From an uncultured Flavobacteriales bacterium (GTDB lineage Bacteria; Bacteroidota; Bacteroidia; Flavobacteriales_D; Parvicellaceae): DNA of 56,249 bases. The notes below the pieces were generated by a model, which saw only the letters and a program-made list of their open reading frames with translations, was not told where the DNA came from and did no database searches. Below are positions 28,985 through 39,559 of the stretch, piece after piece. The DNA is taken from NCBI GenBank assembly GCA_964430245.1, contig CAYSEW010000004.1:97115-153363 (forward strand). Direction: 5' to 3'. A program made the translations under genes and the position numbers. Position 1 is the stretch's first letter, and the number at the start of each line of letters is the position of its first letter.

Positions 28985-31900
28985 TTATCTCATAAGAATG
29001 ACATGACCTGTAAATTCCTTATGCTCTCCCGTAACTGCATCCTTGGTATCTAGCTTCCATATGTAAATGTCCTCCTGTGCTGGTAAATTCTTATAGCTTC
29101 CATCCCATTTGGTATCCATACTCTCAGCCTCAAATACACGCTCTCCCCACTTGTTATATATTGAAAAATTAAACACCTCTGCATCTATGCTCTCCCCTTT
29201 TACAAAGAAAAAATCATTCACCCCATCTCCATCCGGAGTAAAGGCTGTAGGCACATAGCATGTAAACACTCCATTAACAACAATCTCCATTGTCTCTGTA
29301 TCTGTGCATCCATCTGCATTAGTAACTGTTAATTGAGCTTCATATAAATCAGGGTCCTCATCTGGAAATGTATAGCTAGGGTTCTGTGTAGAACTGCTTC
29401 CTATTACCCCTCCTTGCATATTCATAAATGTCCAGCTATATGATACTACATCAACTGATGATTGATCAATAAATTCCACAATTGGATTTAATATATCTGT
29501 AGGGTTTGGTGTCGCATCAAATGCTGCCGTTGGATAATCATAAACCTCTACCAAATTAGTCATTACCGTATCATTTACACATCCTTCTGGACTCGTTATT
29601 GTTAAAGACACTGTATATGTACCTGGTTCATCATACACATGACTCACTGTTCCACATACTGTACTTGTTGTCGCATCTCCAAAATCCCAAACACAACTCG
29701 ATACCTGATTACTTGGTGTAGCATTCGTAAAGCTTGGTTCTATTGGATAGCACCCTGTATTATTGGTCGTTAAAAAACTAACCTGTGGCTCCTGGTACCA
29801 ATATACCAACAAGCTATCATATGCTGCAGGTGTCTCGCAATTATCTGTTACCATTACATAATATGTAGCTGGTGAAGCTGTAGGAATTAAATCCACTGTA
29901 GATGTATTACCGACCTGAACTCCTGATGCATCTGTCCATACATAATTATAAGTTCCTCCCTGTCCTCCATTAGCAACAACAGATAAAGTACCTGTACCTC
30001 CAGGACATATCGTGTCATTAGCTGATGGGGTAAGCAATATTGGTGGGTTGATCGCTACCAATACAGAATCCTGTGAAGAAACACATCCCAAATCATCTAC
30101 TGCTGTTACAAGGTAATAATTGGATATAGCTGGTGACACAGGATGAGGACCACTTCCTGTTAATAATGGCCAGTCAAACGTATAAGGCCCTGTACCTCCA
30201 GTCGCTGAGGCCGAAATAACCGCTGTACCTCCGATACATATGATCGTATCATTACTTACTGACAACACCATCTGAGGTGGCTCTAATATCGTTACCAATG
30301 TATCTGCATAACATCCAGCTGTATCAATAGACCTTACTATATAATCTCCTGCAGACAAACCACTGAAAGTAGTTGTAGTAATTACATTGTTGTCCGATTG
30401 AATTATTGCACTAGTAATCGGATCCACCAACTCTACTATCCATGGCGGACCATCTATACCAGCTGGTTGAGCCAATACCGCTCCATCATTACCACCATAA
30501 CATGTAACAGGTGTTAATGTAGGTATCGGTGCCATACATGTATCGCACATGACATTAAAAGATAATGATACAGTATCAGTACAACCGCCATTTAAATCTG
30601 TAACTACTGCAGTATAAGTAGTATTTACCTGAGGAAGAGCAAAAGGATTTTGAACAGAATTATTTGATAAAAATGTATTTGGTGTCCACTGATATGAAAA
30701 ATTATTAGGATCTGGAATGGTAGGACAAGTAGTGAACCTAGTCACTGGTCTTCTATTACTAAAAGTTTGAAAAGTCATGTAAGGGCATGCTGGTGTTATA
30801 TCGCTATAGTAATATAATGATGAATTAAAAGTTGTTTGTTGTGCCGGTGTTGCCCAATTATAAGTATAAGATGTACTTAAATTATCATAACAGATTTCCA
30901 TTACAATATTAGACAACCCATCCCACTCATAAGCAGTTGTCAAAACTAAAGTATTCCAACCAAGATTAACATTAATATTCTGTGGAGAAAAAACAGTAGT
31001 CAATCCACTTTCCCAGACTGTCAATGAAGAGGTACTAGTGCATCCCATTTTAATTGAATAATCCATAAAAAGAGAAGTTGCATTATTAGATGCTGTTGTT
31101 TCCCAAGATATCTCTGTAATCTTTCCACCAACAAATCCAGCCGCTTGTAATTCAGCTGCAGTAAATAAAAACTGATGCTTTGCATTTCTGTACCAATTTC
31201 CAAATGGAGCTGGCCAAGTAGTTGATGTATTAATTCCCTGATTTGTTCCAACTGTTTGCTGAGATGCTGCAGCAGAACATGTTGTGGCTGCACTTACACC
31301 ACAAACTGCAGGTATTCCTCCACCTAGGTCAAGATTCATGAAGATAGTATCACCGCAAATTATATTAGTATCACTTGCAGAAAAAGTAACATCTGGAGCA
31401 TATGCTGCCGCTACATTAATAGAAATAGTATCGACTTTAACACACCCATCTGGGCTCGTTAGGGTAATCTCATAATCATAATTACCAGGTAAAGTTGGCA
31501 TCACCAAAGGATTAGGAATAGTAGTGTTATTTAAAAATGTCCCTGGAGACCAGCTATAAGTATAATTACCAGTAGGAGTAGGAGCAACATTTAGTTGTAT
31601 TTCACTGTTTAAACAAGTAGTTGTTGAGGATTGGCTTAAAGAGTAAGCAAAGTCTGGTACTACTGTTACCTCGACTGTATCAATATTTGTACACCCACCA
31701 GCTAAGTTTGAAGTAACTTGATAAACTGTAGAAACAGATGGATTAGCAATAGGATCAGGACAATTGTTACAGGAAAAATTAGTCCCTAAATTAATTGGAT
31801 CACCTGAAAGCACAATCCAATTGAAATTAGAACCACCACTTGCATTTAATTGAGTAGCTACTCCCTGACACATGATAACATCTTGTCCTGCATATGTACT

Positions 31901-33109
31901 TGTAACTACTGTAACACCTACAACCATAGAGCTAATACCAACTACTGGACAAGCGTTATCTGCTGCATCAATAGAAATAGCTGAAAATGGGCTACTACCT
32001 GGCAACACAGTAAAACAAACAGTAGCAGAAGCAGGACTAAAAAAAGTGTTTTGAGTGAAGGTCGCACCTGGAAATAATTGAGCGACATTCGAATTCAAGT
32101 AAATAGAATCTGAAGCAACATCAGTGAATTCAACATTAAAACAAACATTATCCCCTTCACAAAGCTGTATATCAAAAGGACTAGTCTGAACACCTGTACT
32201 AACAAAATTGGTAATACCACCTGCTGGGGGACTTGGATTGATATTAGTACAACCAGCAGTATTGATAATTTCAAATTGAAAATCCTGAATAATACTTCCT
32301 ACTAAATTACCTGCAGCATCAAATTCCTCAATCAATACAACTACAACAAAATTACCAGTAGAAGTAGGTGTAAATGTAATTTCTCCAGTATTAGGATCAA
32401 TTGTTATACCTGGAATTGGGACTGAACCAGTATATCCACCTTGATAAGGAGCAGTACCAGCAGCACTAGTCATTGCATCTATTAAAGAATAAACAAGTAT
32501 ATTACCATCAGGCTCATAAACTCCAAAATTGTAAATAACCGGCTGATTGATACAATAATATGGAATCGGCTGTGATGTAATAATTGGTGAAGAATTACAT
32601 GGAGCTGTTGTACTATTTAATACAGATTCCCAATAATAATTATTACCAGTTCCTGTTAAGTTATTTGAGGCATTTCTACAACAAGAAGAATACGCAAAAA
32701 CCCAACTATCACATGGACCCGGCAGAACTATAGTGTCTTGCCAAATATGCATCCATACACCAGGTAAGCTACCTCCACTACATTCACTAGAAGGCAAATT
32801 TTGCAGACAAAGCTGCGAGACTTCTTGCTGAAAAACTAAATTTTGTAACATTACAGAAGTACTTATACTTTGAGATTGACCATTAATCGTAACAGAATTA
32901 TAACCGCAATTATTACTGATTGTAATAGGCTCAGGACCATTGGTCTCAAAAGCAGTACCACAATCTTCAAATAATGTTAAAGTAACCACATATGTATTAG
33001 GGCCAACACATTGATAGGTAATATTTCCTCCTGGAACATGAGAAGCATAAGCTGAAAATGTTGAGAGAAATAAAAAAACTAGTAAGAAAAATTGTTTTTT
33101 CATGATCAA
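28985..33109 (-). CDS. large surface adhesin-like protein with a T9SS type-B C-terminal sorting domain (gliding-motility-associated CTD), PKD-like repeats and an uncharacterised mid-domain
   Basis: 1374 aa with a signal peptide. It is Thr/Ser/Asn/Gly-rich with Ig/PKD-like repeats (VWDFGDATTS...). The C-terminal ~90 aa (FTCYVPTAFTPDGDGVNDFFFVKG...YNKWGERVFE...WDGSY) match a type-B CTD. Confidence 0.85.
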   Translation of the reverse strand: MIMKKQFFLLVFLFLSTFSAYASHVPGGNITYQCVGPNTYVVTLTLFEDCGTAFETNGPEPITISNNCGYNSVTINGQSQSISTSVMLQNLVFQQEVSQLCLQNLPSSECSGGSLPGVWMHIWQDTIVLPGPCDSWVFAYSSCCRNASNNLTGTGNNYYWESVLNSTTAPCNSSPIITSQPIPYYCINQPVIYNFGVYEPDGNILVYSLIDAMTSAAGTAPYQGGYTGSVPIPGITIDPNTGEITFTPTSTGNFVVVVLIEEFDAAGNLVGSIIQDFQFEIINTAGCTNINPSPPAGGITNFVSTGVQTSPFDIQLCEGDNVCFNVEFTDVASDSIYLNSNVAQLFPGATFTQNTFFSPASATVCFTVLPGSSPFSAISIDAADNACPVVGISSMVVGVTVVTSTYAGQDVIMCQGVATQLNASGGSNFNWIVLSGDPINLGTNFSCNNCPDPIANPSVSTVYQVTSNLAGGCTNIDTVEVTVVPDFAYSLSQSSTTTCLNSEIQLNVAPTPTGNYTYSWSPGTFLNNTTIPNPLVMPTLPGNYDYEITLTSPDGCVKVDTISINVAAAYAPDVTFSASDTNIICGDTIFMNLDLGGGIPAVCGVSAATTCSAAASQQTVGTNQGINTSTTWPAPFGNWYRNAKHQFLFTAAELQAAGFVGGKITEISWETTASNNATSLFMDYSIKMGCTSTSSLTVWESGLTTVFSPQNINVNLGWNTLVLTTAYEWDGLSNIVMEICYDNLSTSYTYNWATPAQQTTFNSSLYYYSDITPACPYMTFQTFSNRRPVTRFTTCPTIPDPNNFSYQWTPNTFLSNNSVQNPFALPQVNTTYTAVVTDLNGGCTDTVSLSFNVMCDTCMAPIPTLTPVTCYGGNDGAVLAQPAGIDGPPWIVELVDPITSAIIQSDNNVITTTTFSGLSAGDYIVRSIDTAGCYADTLVTILEPPQMVLSVSNDTIICIGGTAVISASATGGTGPYTFDWPLLTGSGPHPVSPAISNYYLVTAVDDLGCVSSQDSVLVAINPPILLTPSANDTICPGGTGTLSVVANGGQGGTYNYVWTDASGVQVGNTSTVDLIPTASPATYYVMVTDNCETPAAYDSLLVYWYQEPQVSFLTTNNTGCYPIEPSFTNATPSNQVSSCVWDFGDATTSTVCGTVSHVYDEPGTYTVSLTITSPEGCVNDTVMTNLVEVYDYPTAAFDATPNPTDILNPIVEFIDQSSVDVVSYSWTFMNMQGGVIGSSSTQNPSYTFPDEDPDLYEAQLTVTNADGCTDTETMEIVVNGVFTCYVPTAFTPDGDGVNDFFFVKGESIDAEVFNFSIYNKWGERVFEAESMDTKWDGSYKNLPAQEDIYIWKLDTKDAVTGEHKEFTGHVILMR

Positions 33110-33230
33110 TAAATTGGTAGTCTTTTAGAACTAATAAAATAAAAAAATTATACAATCATACAACCTTTTATAACGTTAATTTACCAAAAAGTTGCCAAAG
33201 AATCACCTTAATCTCAAAGATATTGGATTC

Positions 33231-34145
33231 CTATTCTTTATCCTGAGCTAATTTTTTACCAATAATAGTCCCATCAATGATCTGCTGTTGGAAATCTTTC
33301 ATTCCTCCAGGCGTATGAGGAACCATAATAGTATTATTGGAACTACTTGAACCTATAGCAGTTAACGTATCGAAATACTGCGTCATTAAAACAAACTGCA
33401 TGATCTCCTGAGGGTCTACATCTTGTAATGCTTTCTGAAAATCCTCTACTGATTCTTTGAATCCTCTAACAATTTCTAATCTCTGTTGAGCGATTCCTTC
33501 ACCTGAAAGTCGCTTACTATCCGCCTCAGCTTCTGCCCTTTTAACTATTGTTATTTTTTCAGCTTCAGCTTCCTGTACAGCTGCTTCTTTATCTCTCATA
33601 GCAGCATTGATCCTGTTCATTGATGTTTTCACCACTTCATCAGGACTAATGTCAGTAATTAGTGTTTTGACAATCTTGTAACCATATTGCTCCATCTGCT
33701 CAGAAATATTATCTCTTACTGCAATAGCAACATCTTCTTTTTTAGCAAAAACATCATCGAGTTTTAATTTTGGAACCTCAGCCCTTACCTCATCAAAAAT
33801 ATAAGCTGCTACCTGACCGTGAGGGTCTTCTAGTTCATAAAAAGCTTCATATACTTTGTCTTTTATTATTCGGTATTGAACAGATATCTTTAGATCAACA
33901 AAAACATCATCAAGAGTTTTGGTTTCAACATTTACATCTAACTGTTGAATTTTTAAATTTTCTTTAGATGCTATTGACTCTATAAATGGAATTCTTACTT
34001 TAAAACCAGGTGAACAAATTCTATTATACTTACCCAATCTTTGAATGACCCAGGCTTCTCTTTCTGGAATGATCATAAATGTCTTAACAATCAATATGAT
34101 TCCAGCAATAGCTTGAACAGCATATATTATAATATCATTTTCCAT
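33231..34145 (-). CDS. SPFH/band-7 (stomatin/prohibitin-like) membrane protein
   Basis: There is an N-terminal TM segment, then IIPEREAWVIQRLGKYNRICSPGFKVRIPF...LDVNVETKTLDDVFVDLKISVQY, then a coiled-coil Ala/Glu-rich region. Confidence 0.8.
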   Translation of the reverse strand: MENDIIIYAVQAIAGIILIVKTFMIIPEREAWVIQRLGKYNRICSPGFKVRIPFIESIASKENLKIQQLDVNVETKTLDDVFVDLKISVQYRIIKDKVYEAFYELEDPHGQVAAYIFDEVRAEVPKLKLDDVFAKKEDVAIAVRDNISEQMEQYGYKIVKTLITDISPDEVVKTSMNRINAAMRDKEAAVQEAEAEKITIVKRAEAEADSKRLSGEGIAQQRLEIVRGFKESVEDFQKALQDVDPQEIMQFVLMTQYFDTLTAIGSSSSNNTIMVPHTPGGMKDFQQQIIDGTIIGKKLAQDKE

Positions 34146-34192
34146 ATAACTTATTTTTACTGTTAATTTACTAATTAAAATCCACTAAAAAA

Positions 34193-36430
34193 TCAGGTCA
34201 GCTTTTGCTCTATTGAATTATCATAAATCTCCTTAGCTTCATTAACAAAACAAAAATGCTCATCATCTATTACCATCTTACCCTTAGTTACATGACCAAG
34301 TAAAATAAATGGTACATTAGAATTTTGCATTGAATCAATTAACTCATCTTCAAATTCCCTGTCAATAGTGACTACCACCCTACCCTGTGCTTCACCAAAC
34401 AAATAAGCATCCTCACGGATTTCAGAATCAGTAACAATATCAAAACCAAGGTTACCTGCCATCGCCATTTCAGCTAAAGCAACAAACAATCCACCATCAG
34501 CACAATCATGAGCAGCATTGATAATATTTTCATTAATTAAACTTTTAATAACTTGATGAAGCTCATACTCTTCATTAAGATCAAAATAAGGAGCTGGTGA
34601 GCTCTTAATATTATGATAGCTATATAAATACTCAGATGAACCAATATCTTCTACAGATTTACCAATAAGGAAAATAAGATCTCCTTTATTTTTAAAGTTT
34701 AATGACCTAATATCTTTTTTATCCTTCACTAGACCTAACATTCCTATAGTGGGGGTTGGATGAACAGGCACTTCTTGACCATCAATTACAGATTGATTAT
34801 AAAAACTAACATTACCACCTGTTACAGGTGTTTCAAATTTTCTACATGCAGCACTCATCCCCTTTATAGCACCAACAAACTGCCAATATGATTCTGGGTT
34901 ATAAGGATTTCCGAAATTTAAACAATTCGTTATTGCTGAGGGGTTACCACCTGAAACAGTAATATTCCTTGCCGCTTCAGCTACTGCAATCGAAGTGCCT
35001 TTCTCTGGATCAGCATGTACATATCTTGAATTACAATCAACACACATTGCCAATGCTTTATTGGAATCTTTAATATTAACTATTCCAGCATCAGTAGGAG
35101 AATTAGTAGACATATTCACAGTGCCAACCATACTATCATATTGTTCATATACCCATTTTTTAGAAGCAATATTAGGGTGCTGTAATAAGAAATTTGCAAC
35201 TTCTTTAAGATCATCTGGCTGTTTAATAGATGAAATATTGAATTGCTGATATTCTTTATAATACGATGGCTCTTTATATTCTCTTTCATATATAGGAGCG
35301 CCACCACCAAGCACTAATGAATGAGGAGATACTTCAGCTACCATATTCCCTCCCATGAAAAATTGCAATATATCTCCTTCAACAACTTCACCTATCTGTT
35401 CACAATTTAAATCCCATTTATCAAAAATAACTTGCACCTTTTCTTCTTTTCCTTTTTCAACTACCACTAACATTCTTTCTTGTGATTCAGATAACAAAAT
35501 CTCCCAATCCTTCATGTTTTTTTGACGTGTAGGCACCTTATCAAGATCTATTATCATACCTACTCCTCCAGCTGCACTCATTTCTGAAGTTGAACATGTA
35601 ATACCAGCAGCACCCATATCCTGCATACCAACAACTGCATCTGTTTTAGATAATTCTAGTGTAGCTTCTAATAACAATTTTTCTTGAAAAGGATCTCCCA
35701 CTTGAACGGACGGAAGGTCTTCCATTGAATCTTCAGTAATATCTTTTGAAGCAAATGCCGCACCATGAATTCCATCTTTTCCAGTTGCAGAACCAACTAT
35801 AAATACAGGATTTCCAACTCCAGAAGCAGTTGCAGAGATCATGTCTCCCATCTTCATAATTCCAGCAGAAAAAGCATTTACTAAAGGGTTCTGATCATAA
35901 CTTTCATCAAAATTAACCTCCCCACCTACGATTGGAATACCGAATGAATTTCCATAATCACCTATACCTTTTACAACACCTTTTACTAACCATTTTGTTC
36001 TATCTAGGTCTATTTTTCCAAATCTCAATGAGTTTAATTGTGCAATTGGACGAGCACCCATAGTAAATATATCTCTATTGATACCACCCACTCCAGTTGC
36101 AGCACCCTGATAGGGTTCTAAAGCACTTGGATGATTATGTGATTCAATTTTAAAAGCACAAGCTAAACCATCTCCAATATCCACAAGGCCTGCATTTTCC
36201 TCACCTGCCTTAACCAACATGTGGGGACCATCTTTAGGTAATGTTTTTAACCATTTTATTGAGTTTTTATAAGAACAATGCTCGGACCACATTACAGAAT
36301 ATATACTTAATTCAGTAAAATTGGGTGTTCTATTTAAAATCTCACAGATCTTTTCAAATTCATCTTTTTGTAATCCAAGCTCAATGGCTTGTTCTAAGGA
36401 TGCTGTATCAGGATTAATTGTGGTGTTCAT
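34193..36430 (-). CDS. purL: phosphoribosylformylglycinamidine synthase subunit PurL
   Basis: 745 aa. The N-terminus is [20 protein letters not shown]-like domain repeats are present. Confidence 0.9.
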   Translation of the reverse strand: MNTTINPDTASLEQAIELGLQKDEFEKICEILNRTPNFTELSIYSVMWSEHCSYKNSIKWLKTLPKDGPHMLVKAGEENAGLVDIGDGLACAFKIESHNHPSALEPYQGAATGVGGINRDIFTMGARPIAQLNSLRFGKIDLDRTKWLVKGVVKGIGDYGNSFGIPIVGGEVNFDESYDQNPLVNAFSAGIMKMGDMISATASGVGNPVFIVGSATGKDGIHGAAFASKDITEDSMEDLPSVQVGDPFQEKLLLEATLELSKTDAVVGMQDMGAAGITCSTSEMSAAGGVGMIIDLDKVPTRQKNMKDWEILLSESQERMLVVVEKGKEEKVQVIFDKWDLNCEQIGEVVEGDILQFFMGGNMVAEVSPHSLVLGGGAPIYEREYKEPSYYKEYQQFNISSIKQPDDLKEVANFLLQHPNIASKKWVYEQYDSMVGTVNMSTNSPTDAGIVNIKDSNKALAMCVDCNSRYVHADPEKGTSIAVAEAARNITVSGGNPSAITNCLNFGNPYNPESYWQFVGAIKGMSAACRKFETPVTGGNVSFYNQSVIDGQEVPVHPTPTIGMLGLVKDKKDIRSLNFKNKGDLIFLIGKSVEDIGSSEYLYSYHNIKSSPAPYFDLNEEYELHQVIKSLINENIINAAHDCADGGLFVALAEMAMAGNLGFDIVTDSEIREDAYLFGEAQGRVVVTIDREFEDELIDSMQNSNVPFILLGHVTKGKMVIDDEHFCFVNEAKEIYDNSIEQKLT

Positions 36431-36579
36431 GATTTTTATTAAAAATGAATTGCAAATTTATCAAAACCCTAAATAAATCAACTACAAATATTTAATTGAA
36501 TTTATCAACATACAAATAAGCTAATCATATTCTAAAGAAAATGGTTGTTATATTTGCTAGACAAACAGAAATTTAACCT

Positions 36580-37908
36580 TTGATAATTTCAATACTATAC
36601 TTCATTCTATTTATTTACCTATTAAATAAATGGTCTTTTTTTGCTAACAAACACATATCAAAGAAATTTCTTTCTCTAGCTTTTATATTTAAAATTGGAA
36701 TTAGCATTTCTTTATTTTGGGTCTACTCTGATTACTATCCCAAAAAATCAATGATGAGCAAAGAAGAATTCAGAGATCAAGCAGATATATTTAAATATTA
36801 TGATGACAGTGAAATTATTTATAATGCATTTAAAGACAAGCCTATTGATTTCTTTAAAATCCTATTTAGCGTAAATAACAACAATGAATATTTTTACAAT
36901 CAATACTACATAAACATGAATCATTGGGATACACCCTATGACACCAATTTCTTCAATGACTCTCATACAATAATTAGAATTAACGCTCTGATCAGAATTA
37001 TCTCCTTTGATAATTATTTTGTTCATGTTCTATTTTTTTGCATGTTAAGCTTTATTGGTTTATTTGCTTTATTTAAAGCAATAGTAGATTTCTTCCCTAA
37101 AAAAGAAAATATTTTAAAATGGTTGATTTTCTTTACTCCTTCCATTCTATTATGGAACTCTGGAATTTTAAAAGAACCTATTTTATTTTTCTCATTTGGC
37201 ATGATCATGCTAAGCATTTATAATTTATCAATTAGAAATAATAAGCTCTTAGATACAACAATACTAATATCAATGTCTATCATCTTATTTCTGATTAAAT
37301 TTTACGTTTTTTTCATTTTCACATCTCTGATAATTCCATTCATCATTAATCACATAAAAAAAGTCAAATATCCAATATTTAGTTATGTTATAAGTATAAG
37401 TATTTTTATCCTTTTAGCTTTTAATTTAAAACATGCCTCTAAATCATTGGACCTATTATATTTACTAGACAAAAAGCAAGAATCTTTTCTCTCTGAATCA
37501 GCATTTAAAAATGCTGGAAGTTATTTTGAAATCCAGGACTTAGAGCCCAACATCATCTCTATCACAAAAGCCATTCCTTCAGGTATTTACAACTGCTTCA
37601 CCAAACCGCTACCATGGAATATCAGCTCTTCAATTGAGCTACCACAAGCAATGGAAAATTTCATTGTAATTCTCCTAATAATTATAGCAGTATTTCATTT
37701 AATTAAATTAAAAACATATAAGAAAATTTCATCTTATAATTTTTTAACCTTTTGCCTTTTATTTGCTATTTCGAACTTTATAATAATCGGGATTTGCACT
37801 CCAGTCTATGGTGCAATTGTAAGATATAAAATAATAGGCTTACTTTTCTTGCTTTTTTCATTGTTACTTTTGATTGACTACCAATCAATTTATAAAAAGC
37901 TTAAATAA
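36580..37908 (+). CDS. polytopic integral membrane protein, function unknown
   Basis: 442 aa with at least 10 predicted hydrophobic helices. No recognisable catalytic motifs. Confidence 0.55.
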   Translation: MIISILYFILFIYLLNKWSFFANKHISKKFLSLAFIFKIGISISLFWVYSDYYPKKSMMSKEEFRDQADIFKYYDDSEIIYNAFKDKPIDFFKILFSVNNNNEYFYNQYYINMNHWDTPYDTNFFNDSHTIIRINALIRIISFDNYFVHVLFFCMLSFIGLFALFKAIVDFFPKKENILKWLIFFTPSILLWNSGILKEPILFFSFGMIMLSIYNLSIRNNKLLDTTILISMSIILFLIKFYVFFIFTSLIIPFIINHIKKVKYPIFSYVISISIFILLAFNLKHASKSLDLLYLLDKKQESFLSESAFKNAGSYFEIQDLEPNIISITKAIPSGIYNCFTKPLPWNISSSIELPQAMENFIVILLIIIAVFHLIKLKTYKKISSYNFLTFCLLFAISNFIIIGICTPVYGAIVRYKIIGLLFLLFSLLLLIDYQSIYKKLK

Positions 37909-39559
37909 TTATATTTTGAAAAGACACCTCATACATCTCTCTATTAGTTTATTACTCATAAGCTGTGTAAATAAAAAAGAAGTAGACCTCATCATTCATA
38001 ATGCACATATTTTAACTATTAGTGAAAAAGAATTAGAATTTGAGGCAATGGTAATAGATAATGGAAAGATAATAGACCTAGGAAAAGAAAATCAAATTTT
38101 AAACAAATATTCAAGTAAAAATCAAGTTGATTGCAAATCCGCATACGTTTACCCAGGGTTTATTGATGCCCACTGCCATTTTCTAAGCTACGGTCTATCT
38201 ATTGAAGAAGTTGACCTAACAGGGTCTAAGTCAATTAAAGAAATAATTGACAGGTGTTTAAATTATAAACAAAAAAATAATTGTACAATCATTAAAGGTC
38301 GTGGATGGGATCAAAATATTTGGCAAATAAACAGCTTCCCTAATAAAAGCCAACTAGATGTCCATTTCCCTGAAACTCCTGTATTATTAAGTAGGGTTGA
38401 TGGTCATGCTTTGCTGGTAAATCAAAAAGCATTGGATATTTGCGGTATAGACATTAATTCTAAAGTCAATGGTGGTCATATTGAAATCATTAATGGTGAA
38501 TTAACAGGAATATTAACTGACAATGCGATGGATCTAGTTTTCAATAATATTCCTGATGCTGATAATCAAACTAAGAAAAAAGCTTTATTAAAAGCTCAGA
38601 ATAAATGTTTTGAATTAGGTCTCACAACTGTAGATATTGCTGGTCTTTCTAAAAATGATGTCTTTTTGATTGATCAGTTACAACAATCAGGAGAATTAAA
38701 AATGAACATTTACGCAATGTTGAGTGATTCAAAAGAAAATTATGATTATTTCATAGACACTCTTCAAAAGCCTTATAAAACTAAAAAATTGAATGTAAGG
38801 TCATTTAAATTTTATAGTGATGGTGCTTTGGGATCCAGAGGAGCTTGCCTTTTACAGCCTTATTTTGATGTTAACGATTCTACCTATCATGGAATGATGC
38901 TTAATAGTGTAGAACATTTTAGAGAAAGTGCAAAAAAACTAGATTTTTATGGCTATCAAATGTGCACACATTGTATAGGAGATTCATCTGCCAGGGTTAT
39001 CTTAAATATTTATGGAGATGTGTTACAAGATGTAAATGATAAAAGATGGAGAATAGAACATGCTCAAGTAATATCTCCTGAAGATTATCATCTTTTTAAA
39101 AAATTTGCAATAATCCCTTCTGTACAACCAACTCATGCAACTTCAGATATGTTATGGGCTGTTTTAAAATTAGGAACTAAAAGATTAAAAAACAGCTATG
39201 CATATCAACGACTTTTAATTCAAAATGGGATGTTAGCTCTAGGAACAGATTTCCCTATAGAAAACATCAACCCAATCCATACTTTTTATGCAGCTGTTGC
39301 TAGAAAAAACTTAAATGGAGAACCTAAAAATGGATTTCAAAAAGAAAATGCATTATCTAGATGGGAAGCGATACAAGGAATGACCATATGGGCAGCACTA
39401 TCAAATTTTGAAGAAAACGAAAAAGGCACCATTGAAATTGGAAAAAATGCAGACTTTATAATTTTAAATCAGAATTTATTGACAGTAGCTGAAAAAAATA
39501 TTTTAAATACTAAAGTTGTATCGACTTACATAAATGGAGAACAAGTATATCGACATTAA
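37874..39559 (+). CDS. metal-dependent amidohydrolase (amidohydrolase-3-like) lipoprotein
   Basis: Metal-binding VYPGFIDAHCHF is near the N-terminus, and C-terminal GTDFP/H motifs are present. The track start at 37874 is a TTG overlapping the upstream gene by 35 nt. A more plausible start is the TTG at 37916, giving a lipoprotein-type signal MKRHLIHLSISLLLISC. Confidence 0.75.
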   Translation: MTTNQFIKSLNNYILKRHLIHLSISLLLISCVNKKEVDLIIHNAHILTISEKELEFEAMVIDNGKIIDLGKENQILNKYSSKNQVDCKSAYVYPGFIDAHCHFLSYGLSIEEVDLTGSKSIKEIIDRCLNYKQKNNCTIIKGRGWDQNIWQINSFPNKSQLDVHFPETPVLLSRVDGHALLVNQKALDICGIDINSKVNGGHIEIINGELTGILTDNAMDLVFNNIPDADNQTKKKALLKAQNKCFELGLTTVDIAGLSKNDVFLIDQLQQSGELKMNIYAMLSDSKENYDYFIDTLQKPYKTKKLNVRSFKFYSDGALGSRGACLLQPYFDVNDSTYHGMMLNSVEHFRESAKKLDFYGYQMCTHCIGDSSARVILNIYGDVLQDVNDKRWRIEHAQVISPEDYHLFKKFAIIPSVQPTHATSDMLWAVLKLGTKRLKNSYAYQRLLIQNGMLALGTDFPIENINPIHTFYAAVARKNLNGEPKNGFQKENALSRWEAIQGMTIWAALSNFEENEKGTIEIGKNADFIILNQNLLTVAEKNILNTKVVSTYINGEQVYRH

